Notes under the pieces: generated by a model
Databases searched by the model: none
Told to the model about the DNA's origin: nothing
What the model saw: the letters and a program-made list of their open reading frames with translations, nothing else
Translations under genes and position numbers: made by a program
In this document: one piece after another, positions 29,530-39,995 of the stretch
Layout of the letters: each line of letters begins with the position of its first letter
How positions within the stretch are numbered: the stretch's first letter is position 1
Assembly: GCA_902535505.1 (NCBI GenBank)
Contig: CACATS010000002.1
Coordinates: 4,049 to 68,048, forward strand
DNA from: an uncultured Pelagibacteraceae bacterium
GTDB taxonomy: Bacteria > Pseudomonadota > Alphaproteobacteria > Pelagibacterales > Pelagibacteraceae
DNA: 64,000 bases
Direction: 5' to 3'

Positions 29530-30977
29530 CTATTAGATTTACCACTCAATAATGATAATTGCTTAACTTTTAACCCTTTTAAGTTATCAGATGGTTTTAT
29601 AGGATAATCACCAGTGAAATAATGATCACTAAATTGAGGATAATTATCGTTTCTTTTTTCACCTGATAAAGCTTTATAGAGACCGTCTAAACTTAAAAAT
29701 TTTAAAGTTTTGGCATTAATATATTCAGTCATTTCTTTTATATTTTTTTTATGCGCAAGCAATTCACTCTCTGTTGGCATATCTACTCCATAAAAGTCAG
29801 GATATTTTATTTGTGGACATGCAATTCTTACATGAACTTCTTTTGCACCACTCTCGTAAAGCATTTTAACGATTTTATGACATGTAGTCCCTCTTACTAA
29901 AGAGTCGTCAATTAAAATTATTGATTTATTCTTCACAATTGTTTTAGTAGAACTCAATTTTAATTTTACTCCTAAACTTCTTATATTTTGAGTAGGTTCA
30001 ATGAACGTTCTACCAACATAGTGGTTCCTTATTAGACCCAACTCAAATAACTTCTTGGATTGCTCAGCATATCCAAGTGCAGCTGGTACACCAGAGTCTG
30101 GCACTGGTACAACAAAATCTGCATTTAAATCAGTTTCTTTTGCAAGTTCAAAGCCCAGATTTTTTCTATATTCATAAGCACATTTTCCATTAATTAAACT
30201 ATCCGGTCTTGCAAAATAAATATATTCAAATACACAGGGTCTAGGTTTTTGCACTGGGAATGGTTTAATGCTTTCAAGCTTTTCCTTTTCAACAAATACT
30301 ATTTCCCCATTCTCTACCTCTCTTAAAAATTTAGCTCCAACTATGTCTAAAGCACAAGTTTCTGAAGCAAAAATATAAGAGTTCTTAAGTTTTCCAATTA
30401 CTAGTGGCCTTATTCCAAATGGATCTCTCACACCTACCAATTTTTTATTTGTCATCAGAATTAGTGAGTATCCTCCTTGAATTTGAAAAAGAGTGTCAAT
30501 CAACTTGTCTAAAAATTTAATTCTTTTGGATTTTGCGATTAACTGAACAATAGTTTCTGTATCACTTGTCGTTCGAAATATCGCTCCATCTTTAACAAGA
30601 TTTTCTCTTAGAAGCAGCGCATTAGTCAGATTCCCATTATGAGCTACACTTAATCCACCCATATGTAAGTCAGCAAAAAATGGTTGAATATTTCTCAATG
30701 AAGTTTCTCCAGTAGTTGAATATCTATTGTGACCAATTGCAAACTCTCCAGGTAACTTTTTTATAACTTCTGAACTTGTAAAGTGATCCCCAACTAATCC
30801 TTGTCTTTTTTCAGAATGATAATTTTTTCCATCAAATGAGACTATTCCACATCCTTCTTGCCCTCTATGTTGTAAAGCATGTAATCCTAAGGCCACAAGT
30901 GCAGAAGCATCAATATGATTAGAAATTCCAAAAACACCACATTCTTCTCTTAACTTATCTAAATTAAATTTTTTCAA
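29526..30977 (-). CDS. purF: amidophosphoribosyltransferase
   Basis: EECGVFG, LQHRGQE, GHNRYST and DDSLVRGTT motifs; start probably TTG at 30977. Confidence 0.96.
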   Translation of the reverse strand: MKKFNLDKLREECGVFGISNHIDASALVALGLHALQHRGQEGCGIVSFDGKNYHSEKRQGLVGDHFTSSEVIKKLPGEFAIGHNRYSTTGETSLRNIQPFFADLHMGGLSVAHNGNLTNALLLRENLVKDGAIFRTTSDTETIVQLIAKSKRIKFLDKLIDTLFQIQGGYSLILMTNKKLVGVRDPFGIRPLVIGKLKNSYIFASETCALDIVGAKFLREVENGEIVFVEKEKLESIKPFPVQKPRPCVFEYIYFARPDSLINGKCAYEYRKNLGFELAKETDLNADFVVPVPDSGVPAALGYAEQSKKLFELGLIRNHYVGRTFIEPTQNIRSLGVKLKLSSTKTIVKNKSIILIDDSLVRGTTCHKIVKMLYESGAKEVHVRIACPQIKYPDFYGVDMPTESELLAHKKNIKEMTEYINAKTLKFLSLDGLYKALSGEKRNDNYPQFSDHYFTGDYPIKPSDNLKGLKVKQLSLLSGKSNS

Positions 30978-31509
30978 TTTTTTCTTTCGTGTTAATAAAA
31001 TCTTTGCTTGAAGGAAACTCTTCAATTAATAATTCACTTCCTTTGTTAATTATATTAAATGATTTTGCTCTATCTGCAGATATATCCCAATTTTTATAAT
31101 GATAAAACCAATTAAATATCGTAAATATACACACACACACTACATATCCCTTAAAAAAACCAAATAACAAGCCAAAAGTTTTATCAATTGAACCAACCCC
31201 AGTCCAAGTTACTGCTCTGCTTAAAGCTTTACCAATCACAATTAGTAGAAATAATGTGAAAATAAAAATAGCCATACCTAATCCTATATTATTAATAAAT
31301 TTAGACTCAATATAATCGCTGACATAGGGTTGAAGTCTTGGCACTAAAATTATTGTGATTATTGTAGAAAGCACCCATTTCATAAAAGAAATCAAACTAA
31401 GTGAAAAACCTTTTAAAAAACATTGGACAACGCTGTAAGTCATTATAGTGGCAACAGCTATGTCGAATAAATTAATATTTGCTAAAATATTTTCTACGTA
31501 TTCCAACAT
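30964..31509 (-). CDS. cvpA: CvpA family membrane protein
   Basis: KGF and DKTFGLLFGFFKG motifs; conserved position upstream of purF. Confidence 0.85.
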   Translation of the reverse strand: MLEYVENILANINLFDIAVATIMTYSVVQCFLKGFSLSLISFMKWVLSTIITIILVPRLQPYVSDYIESKFINNIGLGMAIFIFTLFLLIVIGKALSRAVTWTGVGSIDKTFGLLFGFFKGYVVCVCIFTIFNWFYHYKNWDISADRAKSFNIINKGSELLIEEFPSSKDFINTKEKIEKI

Positions 31510-33983
31510 TAAAAAGGCTCTGCACCATCACCAAAAGGCTTATAAACTAATATTAATTTGGGAAGCAAAGTCAGCACTGAAATCATTGCCAAAAGCATAG
31601 CTACTCCTGTAAAAAATCCAAAATAAATTGTTGGAATAAAATTTGACAAAATGAGTATGGAAAATCCAAATACAATTGTTATTGAAGTATTCAAAATAGC
31701 AATACCCACAGTTTGATGGCATCTATCTAATGTTTGATTGTAATCTTTGATTTTATCAAATTCTTCTCTAAATCTATAAATATAATGAATGCTATTATCA
31801 ACTGCGATACCAATAGTTATCGCAGCAATTGTGATCGTCATCATATCAAGAGGAATGTTCATTAACCCAATAATTCCAAGAATAAAAAAAGCAGCAATAA
31901 AATTTGGTACAATTCCTATAAAAGATAAAGTAACATTTTTAAATAGGATAAAAAACATTAAAAATATTCCTAACATCACAATCCCCAAAGTAAGAATTTG
32001 GGATTTGAATAAACTTTGTAATAAATTATTGAACAGGATCAATACACCAGTGAGTTTATATTCCTCTTTCTCTAAATTTAATTTAATGTTCAGATCACTG
32101 TTAATTTTATTTAAAAGGTCGTTTCTTCTTAAGTTTTCAAGAGAGTCTTTTACTCTTACAGAAATTCTGGCTTCATCTTCTTCAACCGAAATATAAGGTG
32201 ATACAATTTCTTGTTTAATTTCATTTGGAATTTTACTGTATAAAACTGCAATTTCTAAGCTTTGCAATTCTTTCTTATTTAAATCTTCTGCTACTCTTAA
32301 AATTGACCCAAAAGATAAGACTTTTCCTATTTCTGGTAAGGAGTCTAAATAATCATGCACTTTAAGAATTTTATCCATTTTATCCCTGGTAAACCAATAT
32401 TTTGATTTATCTTCCTCTTTTTCATTATCTTCATCCCATTCAGAAAATTCATCGTCATCCATTTTTTTACTTTTTGTAGATGGAAATTTAAGAATAACAT
32501 TTAAAGGTGTTGTTCCTCCAAGATCATCATCAATTTTTTTCATCCCTTTGTAAATCTCAGTTTCTTTATCAAAGTAATTAATAAAACTATTTTCCACTTT
32601 AAGTTTTGATATTCCAAATATACTCAAAAAAATTATTATTAAAGTAGGCCCGAATATCAAAATTTTATTTCTTTTGGCGATAGATCCAAGCATTAAAGTT
32701 ATAATTGACTTATCTTTTTCTTTTACTTCAATTTCATTTTCTTTAGCAAAAATATTTAATAGAGAGGGTAAAAGTGTAAAAGTTATTATTAACGAAATAA
32801 GCAATCCTAGTGTCATCATCCAACCAAAATCAATAATTGGTTTAATTCCACTAAATACTAATGACAAAAAAGCACAAATTGTTGTTAAAACAGTATATAA
32901 AATTGGAGGCATCATTTTTTTACTTGCCAAAATTATTGCTTCTCCTTTTGATAAAAGTGGAAATTCTTTTCTCAATTGTAAAAATCTTACAGTAATATGG
33001 ATATTCATTGCCATGTTCAATATTAACATTAAAGCGATAAAGTTTGATGAAATAACAGTAACTTTCCAACCAATTAAACCTAATAAGCCTATCATAATTA
33101 TAACTGATGTAGCACAACCAAGCAAAGGCATGATCACCCATTTAATTTTTTTGAAAATAAACCAGAGAGTAAAAATTATGAATAAAAAAACTCCAACCCC
33201 AAATACAATTATATCATTTTTAATAAAACTCATCATGTCATTAGTAATCATTGGAATTCCGCCCAAATGAATTTTTGCATTCTCTCCGTATTTATTTATT
33301 ATATCCCGTATTTCATTTATATTTTGATGATTTCGAGTATTATAAAGATTTTTGTATTCTTCATACTCTTTTAAAAATTTTTTATAGTTTTGTTTCTCCT
33401 CATTTTTTAATCCAACTTCAATAGACTGATTGAAATATTTATCTTTGACTTTGATGTACTCAGCTAATCTTTTATCTTTTTTTAAATAAACTACTATTCC
33501 TGAGGTTTTCCCATCTTCACTTATTACGTAATTTTTATATATAGGACTATTTAGTATCTCTTCAAAACCTCTATTTCTATCAATTTCAGGATATGCCAGT
33601 GTTTTATAATTTTTTAATCTATCCATTAAATTTTCGTCTGTGCTTTTCAATAAAGGGACATCAATTACTGTAATTACACTATCAACCCAGGTTAATTTTT
33701 CTATTTTTGATTTTAACAACTGTAAGTTAAGGATAGTTTCTTTATCAGTAAAGCTTGAAACAGGTGTATAAGTTAGAATTAAGAAATCTTTAGATTTATA
33801 CCTTTCATTAATCTCTCTTAAATATTTTAGGTCTTGGTCACCTTCTAAAAGAAGTGCATCGGAGGATGCATCCAGATTAAAATCTTTAGCTTTATAAAGA
33901 GAGAAAACAATTAATCCTAATAACAAAAAAAGAGTTATTCTTGAGAAATCTACTACGAATTTTTTATAAATATAAGACCACAT
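31509..33983 (-). CDS. RND-superfamily MMPL-type transporter
   Basis: Two repeats of 1 TM + periplasmic domain + 5 TM; IGIAVDNSIH; LLPSLL/LLPKL repeat ends. Confidence 0.82.
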   Translation of the reverse strand: MWSYIYKKFVVDFSRITLFLLLGLIVFSLYKAKDFNLDASSDALLLEGDQDLKYLREINERYKSKDFLILTYTPVSSFTDKETILNLQLLKSKIEKLTWVDSVITVIDVPLLKSTDENLMDRLKNYKTLAYPEIDRNRGFEEILNSPIYKNYVISEDGKTSGIVVYLKKDKRLAEYIKVKDKYFNQSIEVGLKNEEKQNYKKFLKEYEEYKNLYNTRNHQNINEIRDIINKYGENAKIHLGGIPMITNDMMSFIKNDIIVFGVGVFLFIIFTLWFIFKKIKWVIMPLLGCATSVIIMIGLLGLIGWKVTVISSNFIALMLILNMAMNIHITVRFLQLRKEFPLLSKGEAIILASKKMMPPILYTVLTTICAFLSLVFSGIKPIIDFGWMMTLGLLISLIITFTLLPSLLNIFAKENEIEVKEKDKSIITLMLGSIAKRNKILIFGPTLIIIFLSIFGISKLKVENSFINYFDKETEIYKGMKKIDDDLGGTTPLNVILKFPSTKSKKMDDDEFSEWDEDNEKEEDKSKYWFTRDKMDKILKVHDYLDSLPEIGKVLSFGSILRVAEDLNKKELQSLEIAVLYSKIPNEIKQEIVSPYISVEEDEARISVRVKDSLENLRRNDLLNKINSDLNIKLNLEKEEYKLTGVLILFNNLLQSLFKSQILTLGIVMLGIFLMFFILFKNVTLSFIGIVPNFIAAFFILGIIGLMNIPLDMMTITIAAITIGIAVDNSIHYIYRFREEFDKIKDYNQTLDRCHQTVGIAILNTSITIVFGFSILILSNFIPTIYFGFFTGVAMLLAMISVLTLLPKLILVYKPFGDGAEPF

Positions 33984-34036
33984 CAGAATAATTCAGATAT
34001 ATCGTAATTTATTTATAACTAAAGAAAAAACTAGTT

Positions 34037-35470
34037 CTAATTTTTGCTTAAATCTTTAAATTTGGTGTAAATTCCCTCAAACTCGACTTTAATAGTGCCA
34101 GTTGGACCATGTCTTTGTTTTCCAAGAATAATGTCAGCAAGACCATTTACATCATTCATCTTTGATTGCCATTCTGCATGCTCTATAGAACCTAATTTAG
34201 GTTGTTTTCTTTCCAAATAATAAGCCTCCCTATACACAAACATTACAACATCTGCATCTTGTTCAATCGATCCAGATTCTCTTAAATCAGCTAACTGCGG
34301 TTGTTTATCATCTCTTTGTTCCACTGCTCTAGATAGTTGTGATAAAGCCAAAATCGGTACTGATAATTCTTTAGCCAAAGCCTTTAGCCCTTGAGTAATT
34401 TCAGAAATTTCCTGAACTCTGCCTTCATTTTTATTTGAGCTTGACCTCATTAATTGAATATAATCAACAACCACTAGATTTAACCCATGTAATCTTTTTA
34501 TTCTTCTAGCTCTATTACTTAGTGTTGCTATGGTGATTGCAGGAGTTTCATCGATAAATAAAGGAAGATTGTATATATTTCTTGAGGTTTCTATGTATCT
34601 GTTTATTTCTTCTTCTGAAACTTTTCCTCTTCTGATGTCATCAGATTTAATTTTTGCTTGTTCGGACAAAATTCTAGTAGATAACTGTTCAGATGACATC
34701 TCTAAAGAAAAAAAAGCGACTGATGATTTTTCTTCTCTTTTTGAAATATGTTGTGCCGCATAATAAGCAATATTAGTTGCTAAAGCAGTTTTTCCCATAG
34801 AGGGTCTCCCAGCTAAAATGATTAGATCAGATTTGTGTAAACCACCAAGCTTTTCATCTAAATCAGTCAGGCCTGTTGGAACTCCAACAATTGCTTGATC
34901 ACTTTGCATTGCCATTGTTGCCATTTGTATAGTTTGATCTAACGCCTGATTAAATTTCAAATAAGATTGAGAGAAAGTTCCTTTTTCTGCTAAATCATAA
35001 AGTGACTTTTCAGTTCCTTCAATAATACTTTCTGCGTTTTGTTCATCTGAGCTAGCGTTCAAAGTATCTGAAGATAGTTTATTAGAAATTAACAATAATT
35101 CTCTTCTTAAATACATTTCGTGAACAATTTTAGCATAATCTATTGCTTGCTTAGGAGAACTTGAAAACCTTGTGAGTTTTACTAAATATTCAGTTCCTCC
35201 GACCTCAGTAAGCATATTATCTTTTTCAAAAAAATTTTTTAAGGTGATCGGATTTGCGATCATTCCCTTGTTGTTTAAATTTTGGATTACTTCAAATATT
35301 TTAATATGAGCTGGATCATAAAAAATAGAGGAATTTACTATGTTAGAAATTTCGTCAATGATATCGTTGTTTACAAGTATTGATCCTAATAGCGCTTGCT
35401 CAGCTTCAATATTTGAAGGATGTTTATTTTCGGCATTATTTATAATTGTTTTTATTTCTTTCACCTTCAC
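34037..35470 (-). CDS. dnaB: replicative DNA helicase
   Basis: EAEQALLG, GRPSMGKT, VDYIQL, LSQLSR and RESGSIEQDAD motifs. Confidence 0.98.
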   Translation of the reverse strand: MKVKEIKTIINNAENKHPSNIEAEQALLGSILVNNDIIDEISNIVNSSIFYDPAHIKIFEVIQNLNNKGMIANPITLKNFFEKDNMLTEVGGTEYLVKLTRFSSSPKQAIDYAKIVHEMYLRRELLLISNKLSSDTLNASSDEQNAESIIEGTEKSLYDLAEKGTFSQSYLKFNQALDQTIQMATMAMQSDQAIVGVPTGLTDLDEKLGGLHKSDLIILAGRPSMGKTALATNIAYYAAQHISKREEKSSVAFFSLEMSSEQLSTRILSEQAKIKSDDIRRGKVSEEEINRYIETSRNIYNLPLFIDETPAITIATLSNRARRIKRLHGLNLVVVDYIQLMRSSSNKNEGRVQEISEITQGLKALAKELSVPILALSQLSRAVEQRDDKQPQLADLRESGSIEQDADVVMFVYREAYYLERKQPKLGSIEHAEWQSKMNDVNGLADIILGKQRHGPTGTIKVEFEGIYTKFKDLSKN

Positions 35471-35528
35471 ATAATATGCTCGGTTGAAACTTATTAAAGA
35501 TAAAAGTTACACACTTTTTTTTATAATC

Positions 35529-35537
35529 TGTGGAAAA
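35529..35537 (-). promoter_or_regulatory. putative DnaA box upstream of dnaB
   Basis: TGTGGAAAA on + (TTTTCCACA on -) fits TTWTNCACA; lies in the rplI-dnaB gap. Confidence 0.45.
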
Positions 35538-35538
35538 G

Positions 35539-35994
35539 TTATTTAGTCTGAATTTTACTGATTTCTATAGAGATGTTAGCTTTTACTTCAGAATGAAAAT
35601 TTATTTCTACTTTGTAAACACCAATTTTATTCAATTCTTCTTTTAAAATAATTTGCGAGGGACTAACATCTGCATTAGTTTTTTCTTTAATCAAATTTGA
35701 TATTTCTTTAGGTTTTATTGAACCATATAAATCTCCATTTTCTTTACTTTCTTTTGAAAATCTAAAAGTTTTGTTGTTTACCAACTTAGCTATTTCTTTG
35801 AATTTATTTTTGGTCTCTAAATTTTTTTTATTTAATTCATCCTTTTTTTTATTTACTAAATCAAGATTTTCTTTGTTAAACCTCAGAGCCTTACCTTCTT
35901 TAAGAAGAAAGTTTCTTCCATAACCATTTTTAACCTTAACCTTATCACCAATATTTCCAAGGTTAAGAATATTTTCTAATAGAATTAATTCCAT
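35539..35994 (-). CDS. rplI: 50S ribosomal protein L9
   Basis: LGNIGDKVKVKNGYGRNFL and GDLYGSI motifs. Confidence 0.96.
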   Translation of the reverse strand: MELILLENILNLGNIGDKVKVKNGYGRNFLLKEGKALRFNKENLDLVNKKKDELNKKNLETKNKFKEIAKLVNNKTFRFSKESKENGDLYGSIKPKEISNLIKEKTNADVSPSQIILKEELNKIGVYKVEINFHSEVKANISIEISKIQTK

Positions 35995-36269
35995 TAAATA
36001 AGTCCTAAGATTTTAGCTCTTTTTATTTCACGAGTTAATTTTCTTTGTTTATTGTATGAAACAGAAGTAATTTTTGAAGATATGATTTTCCCGTTATCAG
36101 AAACATACTTTTTAAGCAGACTTACATTTTTATAATCAATAATTGGAGCGTTTTTTATAGATAAAGGACATTTTTTTGAAAATTTATTGTCTGATTTTTG
36201 AAACAGGCTTAGCTTATTGAGAGAGCCTGTAGTTTTTCTTTGAAATTTTCTATTTTTTCTCTTCATCAT
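35994..36269 (-). CDS. rpsR: 30S ribosomal protein S18
   Basis: CPLS...IDYKN..LL...GKI...QRKLTREIKRAK. Confidence 0.92.
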   Translation of the reverse strand: MMKRKNRKFQRKTTGSLNKLSLFQKSDNKFSKKCPLSIKNAPIIDYKNVSLLKKYVSDNGKIISSKITSVSYNKQRKLTREIKRAKILGLI

Positions 36270-36589
36270 TTTTCTTTTTTGAAAAATTCTTTGTTTACGT
36301 CCAGTTTTTTGTATTTTACTGTAAGATATCTTATAATTTTTCCATCGATTTTGATTTTTTTATCAATAGCTTTTAAAGTTTTATTATCTCCCTCAAATTT
36401 GTAATGAATGTAAAAGCCTTTTCTGTAATTTTTGATTTTATTCGCTAAATTAAGCAATCCCCATTCTTCGATTTTCAGGACTTTACCGGATGAACTATTT
36501 ATAAGTTCATTATACGTTTCTTTAATTACCCTCAATTCTTTTTCAGCTAAATCCTGTTTAGCAACTATAGTATTTTCGTAAAAAGCCAT
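36266..36589 (-). CDS. rpsF: 30S ribosomal protein S6
   Basis: FYE, EEWGLLNLA and IIRYL motifs; rpsF-rpsR-rplI order. Confidence 0.93.
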   Translation of the reverse strand: MAFYENTIVAKQDLAEKELRVIKETYNELINSSSGKVLKIEEWGLLNLANKIKNYRKGFYIHYKFEGDNKTLKAIDKKIKIDGKIIRYLTVKYKKLDVNKEFFKKEK

Positions 36590-36675
36590 ATAATGTTATC
36601 AATCTTTTAAGTGGTGGGTTATACTATAATGTAGAATTATAGCAATACTAATTATTATTGATTAAATTAAGAAAT

Positions 36676-37620
36676 ATGGGTGCTTTATTATTTCCAGGTC
36701 AAGGATCACAAATTATAGGAATGGGGTCAGAATTTTTTGATAATTTTGCAAAAGTAAAAAGAATATTTAAAGAAGCTGACGAAAAATTAAATTTTAATAT
36801 TTCAAAAATAATTTTAAATGGCCCTGAAAATAAATTACAGTTAACTCAAAATACTCAACCAGCTATTCTTACAGTTAGCTATTCAATTTTTAAAATTTTA
36901 AAAGAAGAATTTAATTTTGATTTAAAGCAAATAAAATTTTTTGCAGGACATTCTCTAGGAGAGTATAGTGCTCTAGTTTGTGCTGGTTCACTAACTTTTC
37001 ACGATGCACTTTATCTTCTTTATGAAAGAGGGAAAGCAATGCAAGAAGCAGTCCCTATAGGAAAAGGAGCGATGATAGCTGTTTTAGGTATAAATATAGA
37101 TGAAGTAAGAGAATTAATTTTAAAATTTCAAAATAATAGTGCAGGCATTTGTGAAATAGCTAACGATAATGCTAAAGGTCAAGTAATTATAAGTGGTGAC
37201 AGCGAAAGTGTTAAAAAATTTCAACTTTTTATTAAAGAAAAAAAAATAAAAAGCATACCTTTAAAAGTAAGCGCGCCGTTTCATTGCTCGTTAATGAAAT
37301 CTGCTGCTGAAACTATGAGAGAAAAAATAAATAATACTAAATTTATTGATCCAAAATTTAATATTATTAGCAATGTCAAAGCTTTGCCAGAAACTGACGT
37401 TAAAAATATTAAAAATTTATTGATCGATCAAATTTTTAAAACAGTAAAATGGAGGGAAAGTATCATTTATATCTATAATAAAGGAGTTACGAATTTTATT
37501 GAAATAGGGCCGGGAAAAGTTCTAAATGGAATGGTAAAAAGGACATTAAACAACGTAAAAAGCTTTTCAATTAATTCGATAGCTGATATTAAAAATCTTG
37601 TAAATGAATTTAAAAAATAA
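36676..37620 (+). CDS. fabD: malonyl-CoA:ACP transacylase
   Basis: FPGQGSQ, GHSLGEY, VSAPFH and EIGPG motifs; start ATG 36676. Confidence 0.96.
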   Translation: MGALLFPGQGSQIIGMGSEFFDNFAKVKRIFKEADEKLNFNISKIILNGPENKLQLTQNTQPAILTVSYSIFKILKEEFNFDLKQIKFFAGHSLGEYSALVCAGSLTFHDALYLLYERGKAMQEAVPIGKGAMIAVLGINIDEVRELILKFQNNSAGICEIANDNAKGQVIISGDSESVKKFQLFIKEKKIKSIPLKVSAPFHCSLMKSAAETMREKINNTKFIDPKFNIISNVKALPETDVKNIKNLLIDQIFKTVKWRESIIYIYNKGVTNFIEIGPGKVLNGMVKRTLNNVKSFSINSIADIKNLVNEFKK

Positions 37621-38335
37621 AAAAGTCCTTATCACTGGCGCAACAGGGGGGATAGGTAATTGTATTATAAAAAAATTTGATGAACTTGGAGCAAAAATAG
37701 TAGCTTCTGGGACTAACGAAGATAAATTAAAAAATCTCAAAAATAAATTTTCTAATATACATTCAGAAAAATTTAAATTGGATGATCATGATAAAATTGA
37801 AAATTTTATTAATCTTGTAGACCAAAAATTAGGTGGTTTAGATATATTAATAAATAATGCGGGTATAACACTAGATAATTTATCAATTAGATTATCAGAG
37901 GAGAATTGGAAAAGGGTTATAGATATTAATTTAACATCCACTTTTTTAATGTGTAAATCTGCATTAAAAAAAATGCTTAAGCAAAAAAATGGAAAAATAG
38001 TAAATATTACTTCAATAGTCGGACACACTGGAAATCTTGGTCAAGCTAATTATGCAGCTTCTAAAGCCGGCATCATTGCTTTCTCAAAAAGTTTGGCGAT
38101 TGAGTATGCAAAAAAAAATATCAATATAAATTGTGTTTCACCTGGGTTTATAAAGACCGAAATGACCGATAAAATTAACAATGATTTCAAAAAAATTCTT
38201 TTAAGCAAGATTCCATCTGGAACTCTTGGCACTGGTGATGATGTATCAAATTGTGTAGCATTTTTAGCTTCTGACATGGCCAATTATATTAATGGTGAAA
38301 CAATACATGTTAATGGCGGAATGTATATGGCTTGA
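37604..38335 (+). CDS. fabG: 3-oxoacyl-ACP reductase
   Basis: TGATGGIG, NNAGIT and GQANYAASK motifs. Confidence 0.95.
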   Translation: MNLKNKKVLITGATGGIGNCIIKKFDELGAKIVASGTNEDKLKNLKNKFSNIHSEKFKLDDHDKIENFINLVDQKLGGLDILINNAGITLDNLSIRLSEENWKRVIDINLTSTFLMCKSALKKMLKQKNGKIVNITSIVGHTGNLGQANYAASKAGIIAFSKSLAIEYAKKNININCVSPGFIKTEMTDKINNDFKKILLSKIPSGTLGTGDDVSNCVAFLASDMANYINGETIHVNGGMYMA

Positions 38336-38359
38336 CAATTCTGTTCAATAATCTATTAA
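38332..38359 (+). promoter_or_regulatory. putative sigma70 promoter of acpP
   Basis: Perfect TTGACA overlapping the fabG stop codon, then N16 and TATTAA. Confidence 0.5.
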
Positions 38360-38384
38360 GAAATCATACACACGAAAGGAATTC

Positions 38385-38624
38385 ATGTCAGACGATGTTA
38401 AAGCAAAAATAAAAAAAATTGTAGCAGATCATTTAGGAATTGAGGAAGAAAAAGTAACTGACGAGGCAAGTTTTATCGACGATCTCGGAGCTGACAGCTT
38501 GGATACAGTTGAGTTAGTTATGGCTTTTGAGGAAGAATTTGGTTCAGAAATATCCGATAGCGAAGCTGAAAAAATATTGACCGTTGGTGATGCTATAAAG
38601 TTTATTGAGAGTAAAACTAGTTAA
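38385..38624 (+). CDS. acpP: acyl carrier protein
   Basis: [20 protein letters not shown]. Confidence 0.98.
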   Translation: MSDDVKAKIKKIVADHLGIEEEKVTDEASFIDDLGADSLDTVELVMAFEEEFGSEISDSEAEKILTVGDAIKFIESKTS

Positions 38625-38641
38625 AAAATAATTTTCTGTTA

Positions 38642-39235
38642 ATGCAACATGATAAAGAAAATATCATGGTAATTTTATCCTCTCCTTCTGGCGTAGGTAA
38701 AACAACCCTAACCAAAAAAATTCAACAAAAATATAAAAATTTTAAAATTTCAGTATCTCATACTACAAGAACTCCACGATCAAATGAAGTTGATGGAGTG
38801 GATTATCATTTTGTCTCAAAAGAGAAATTTAAAGAATTAATCAGTAATGGAAAATTTTATGAATATGCAAAAATTTTTGAAAATTATTATGGAACACTTA
38901 AAAGCATAGTAGATGAAACTATTAGAGAAAATGATATTTTATTTGATATAGATTGGCAGGGCACAAAGCAACTTTCTAAATTTAAAAATCTCAATCTAAT
39001 AAAAATTTATCTTATTACTGATAAAGAAGAACTAAAGAGCAGGTTAATTAAAAGAAATCAAAATACAGACGAGGAGGTAAAAAAAAGATTTGACTCATTT
39101 GATGAAGATATAAAACACTGGAATGACTACGATTATATAATAATCAATCAAAATCTTGAGAATTGTTTTAGGCAGATTGAAAACATAATTGAAGTTAATA
39201 AAACTAAAAATTTTTCTTTTCAAAAAACTCAGTAA
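38642..39235 (+). CDS. gmk: guanylate kinase
   Basis: SPSGVGKT, SHTTRTPR..EVDGVDYHF and DIDWQG motifs. Confidence 0.96.
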   Translation: MQHDKENIMVILSSPSGVGKTTLTKKIQQKYKNFKISVSHTTRTPRSNEVDGVDYHFVSKEKFKELISNGKFYEYAKIFENYYGTLKSIVDETIRENDILFDIDWQGTKQLSKFKNLNLIKIYLITDKEELKSRLIKRNQNTDEEVKKRFDSFDEDIKHWNDYDYIIINQNLENCFRQIENIIEVNKTKNFSFQKTQ

Positions 39236-39995
39236 TTTTGTAGTAAATATCTGGACTTAGTTGAGATGGTCTATAGTTAAGCATTAAACCGTTGATCTGG
39301 CTTATCTCTTTCTTATTTAAAATTTTTTTAATATTTTTGCTTATCATTTTTCTTCTTTCTGAAAATAAAATATTTGTTACTTTTTCGAGATTATTTATAT
39401 TTTTAATTTCGAATCCATTTATTTGAATTGGGCGAAAATGTAAAAGAGTTGAAGTTATCTTTGGTTTTGGAATGAAACAATTAGCAGATACATTAAATTT
39501 TTTTAATATCTTAAATCGATAATTAGATATTATTGATATTCTTCCATAGTTAGTTGAGAGATATTTTCCTGTAATTTTATCGGCTAATTCTTTTTGAAAC
39601 ATTAATATAAGATCATTAAATTTAGGTGGCCAAACATTAAATTTTAAAAATTTTATTAAAATTTGCGAAGAAATATTATAAGGCAAATTACCAAATACAA
39701 TAGTTTCTTCTTTAATTATTTTCTCAACATTTAAATTTAAGATATCTTCATTATAAAATTCTAAAAAATTATAATGTGAAAATTTTAGGTTCAAGTTTTC
39801 GAACAAAGAGTTATCCTTTTCAATTAGTGTTAGAGATTTTGGATTATTTTTCAAAATTTCTTCAGTCAAAGCACCTTTACCAGGGCCTATTTCAATAACA
39901 TTTTTATTTCTAATATCAACAGAGTTGATTATTTTTTTTATTATATTTTTGTCAATTAAAAAATTTTGTCCTAAAGATTTTTTAGCAAACTTCAT
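39204..39995 (-). CDS. rsmA: 16S rRNA m6,2A1518/1519 dimethyltransferase
   Basis: KSLGQNFL, EIGPGKG, NLPYNIS and MFQKE motifs. Confidence 0.95.
   Translation of the reverse strand: MKFAKKSLGQNFLIDKNIIKKIINSVDIRNKNVIEIGPGKGALTEEILKNNPKSLTLIEKDNSLFENLNLKFSHYNFLEFYNEDILNLNVEKIIKEETIVFGNLPYNISSQILIKFLKFNVWPPKFNDLILMFQKELADKITGKYLSTNYGRISIISNYRFKILKKFNVSANCFIPKPKITSTLLHFRPIQINGFEIKNINNLEKVTNILFSERRKMISKNIKKILNKKEISQINGLMLNYRPSQLSPDIYYKITEFFEKKNF

Noticed and set aside
14515-35470. Inteins or introns in recA or dnaB
   Set aside because: Both proteins have normal lengths and uninterrupted motifs
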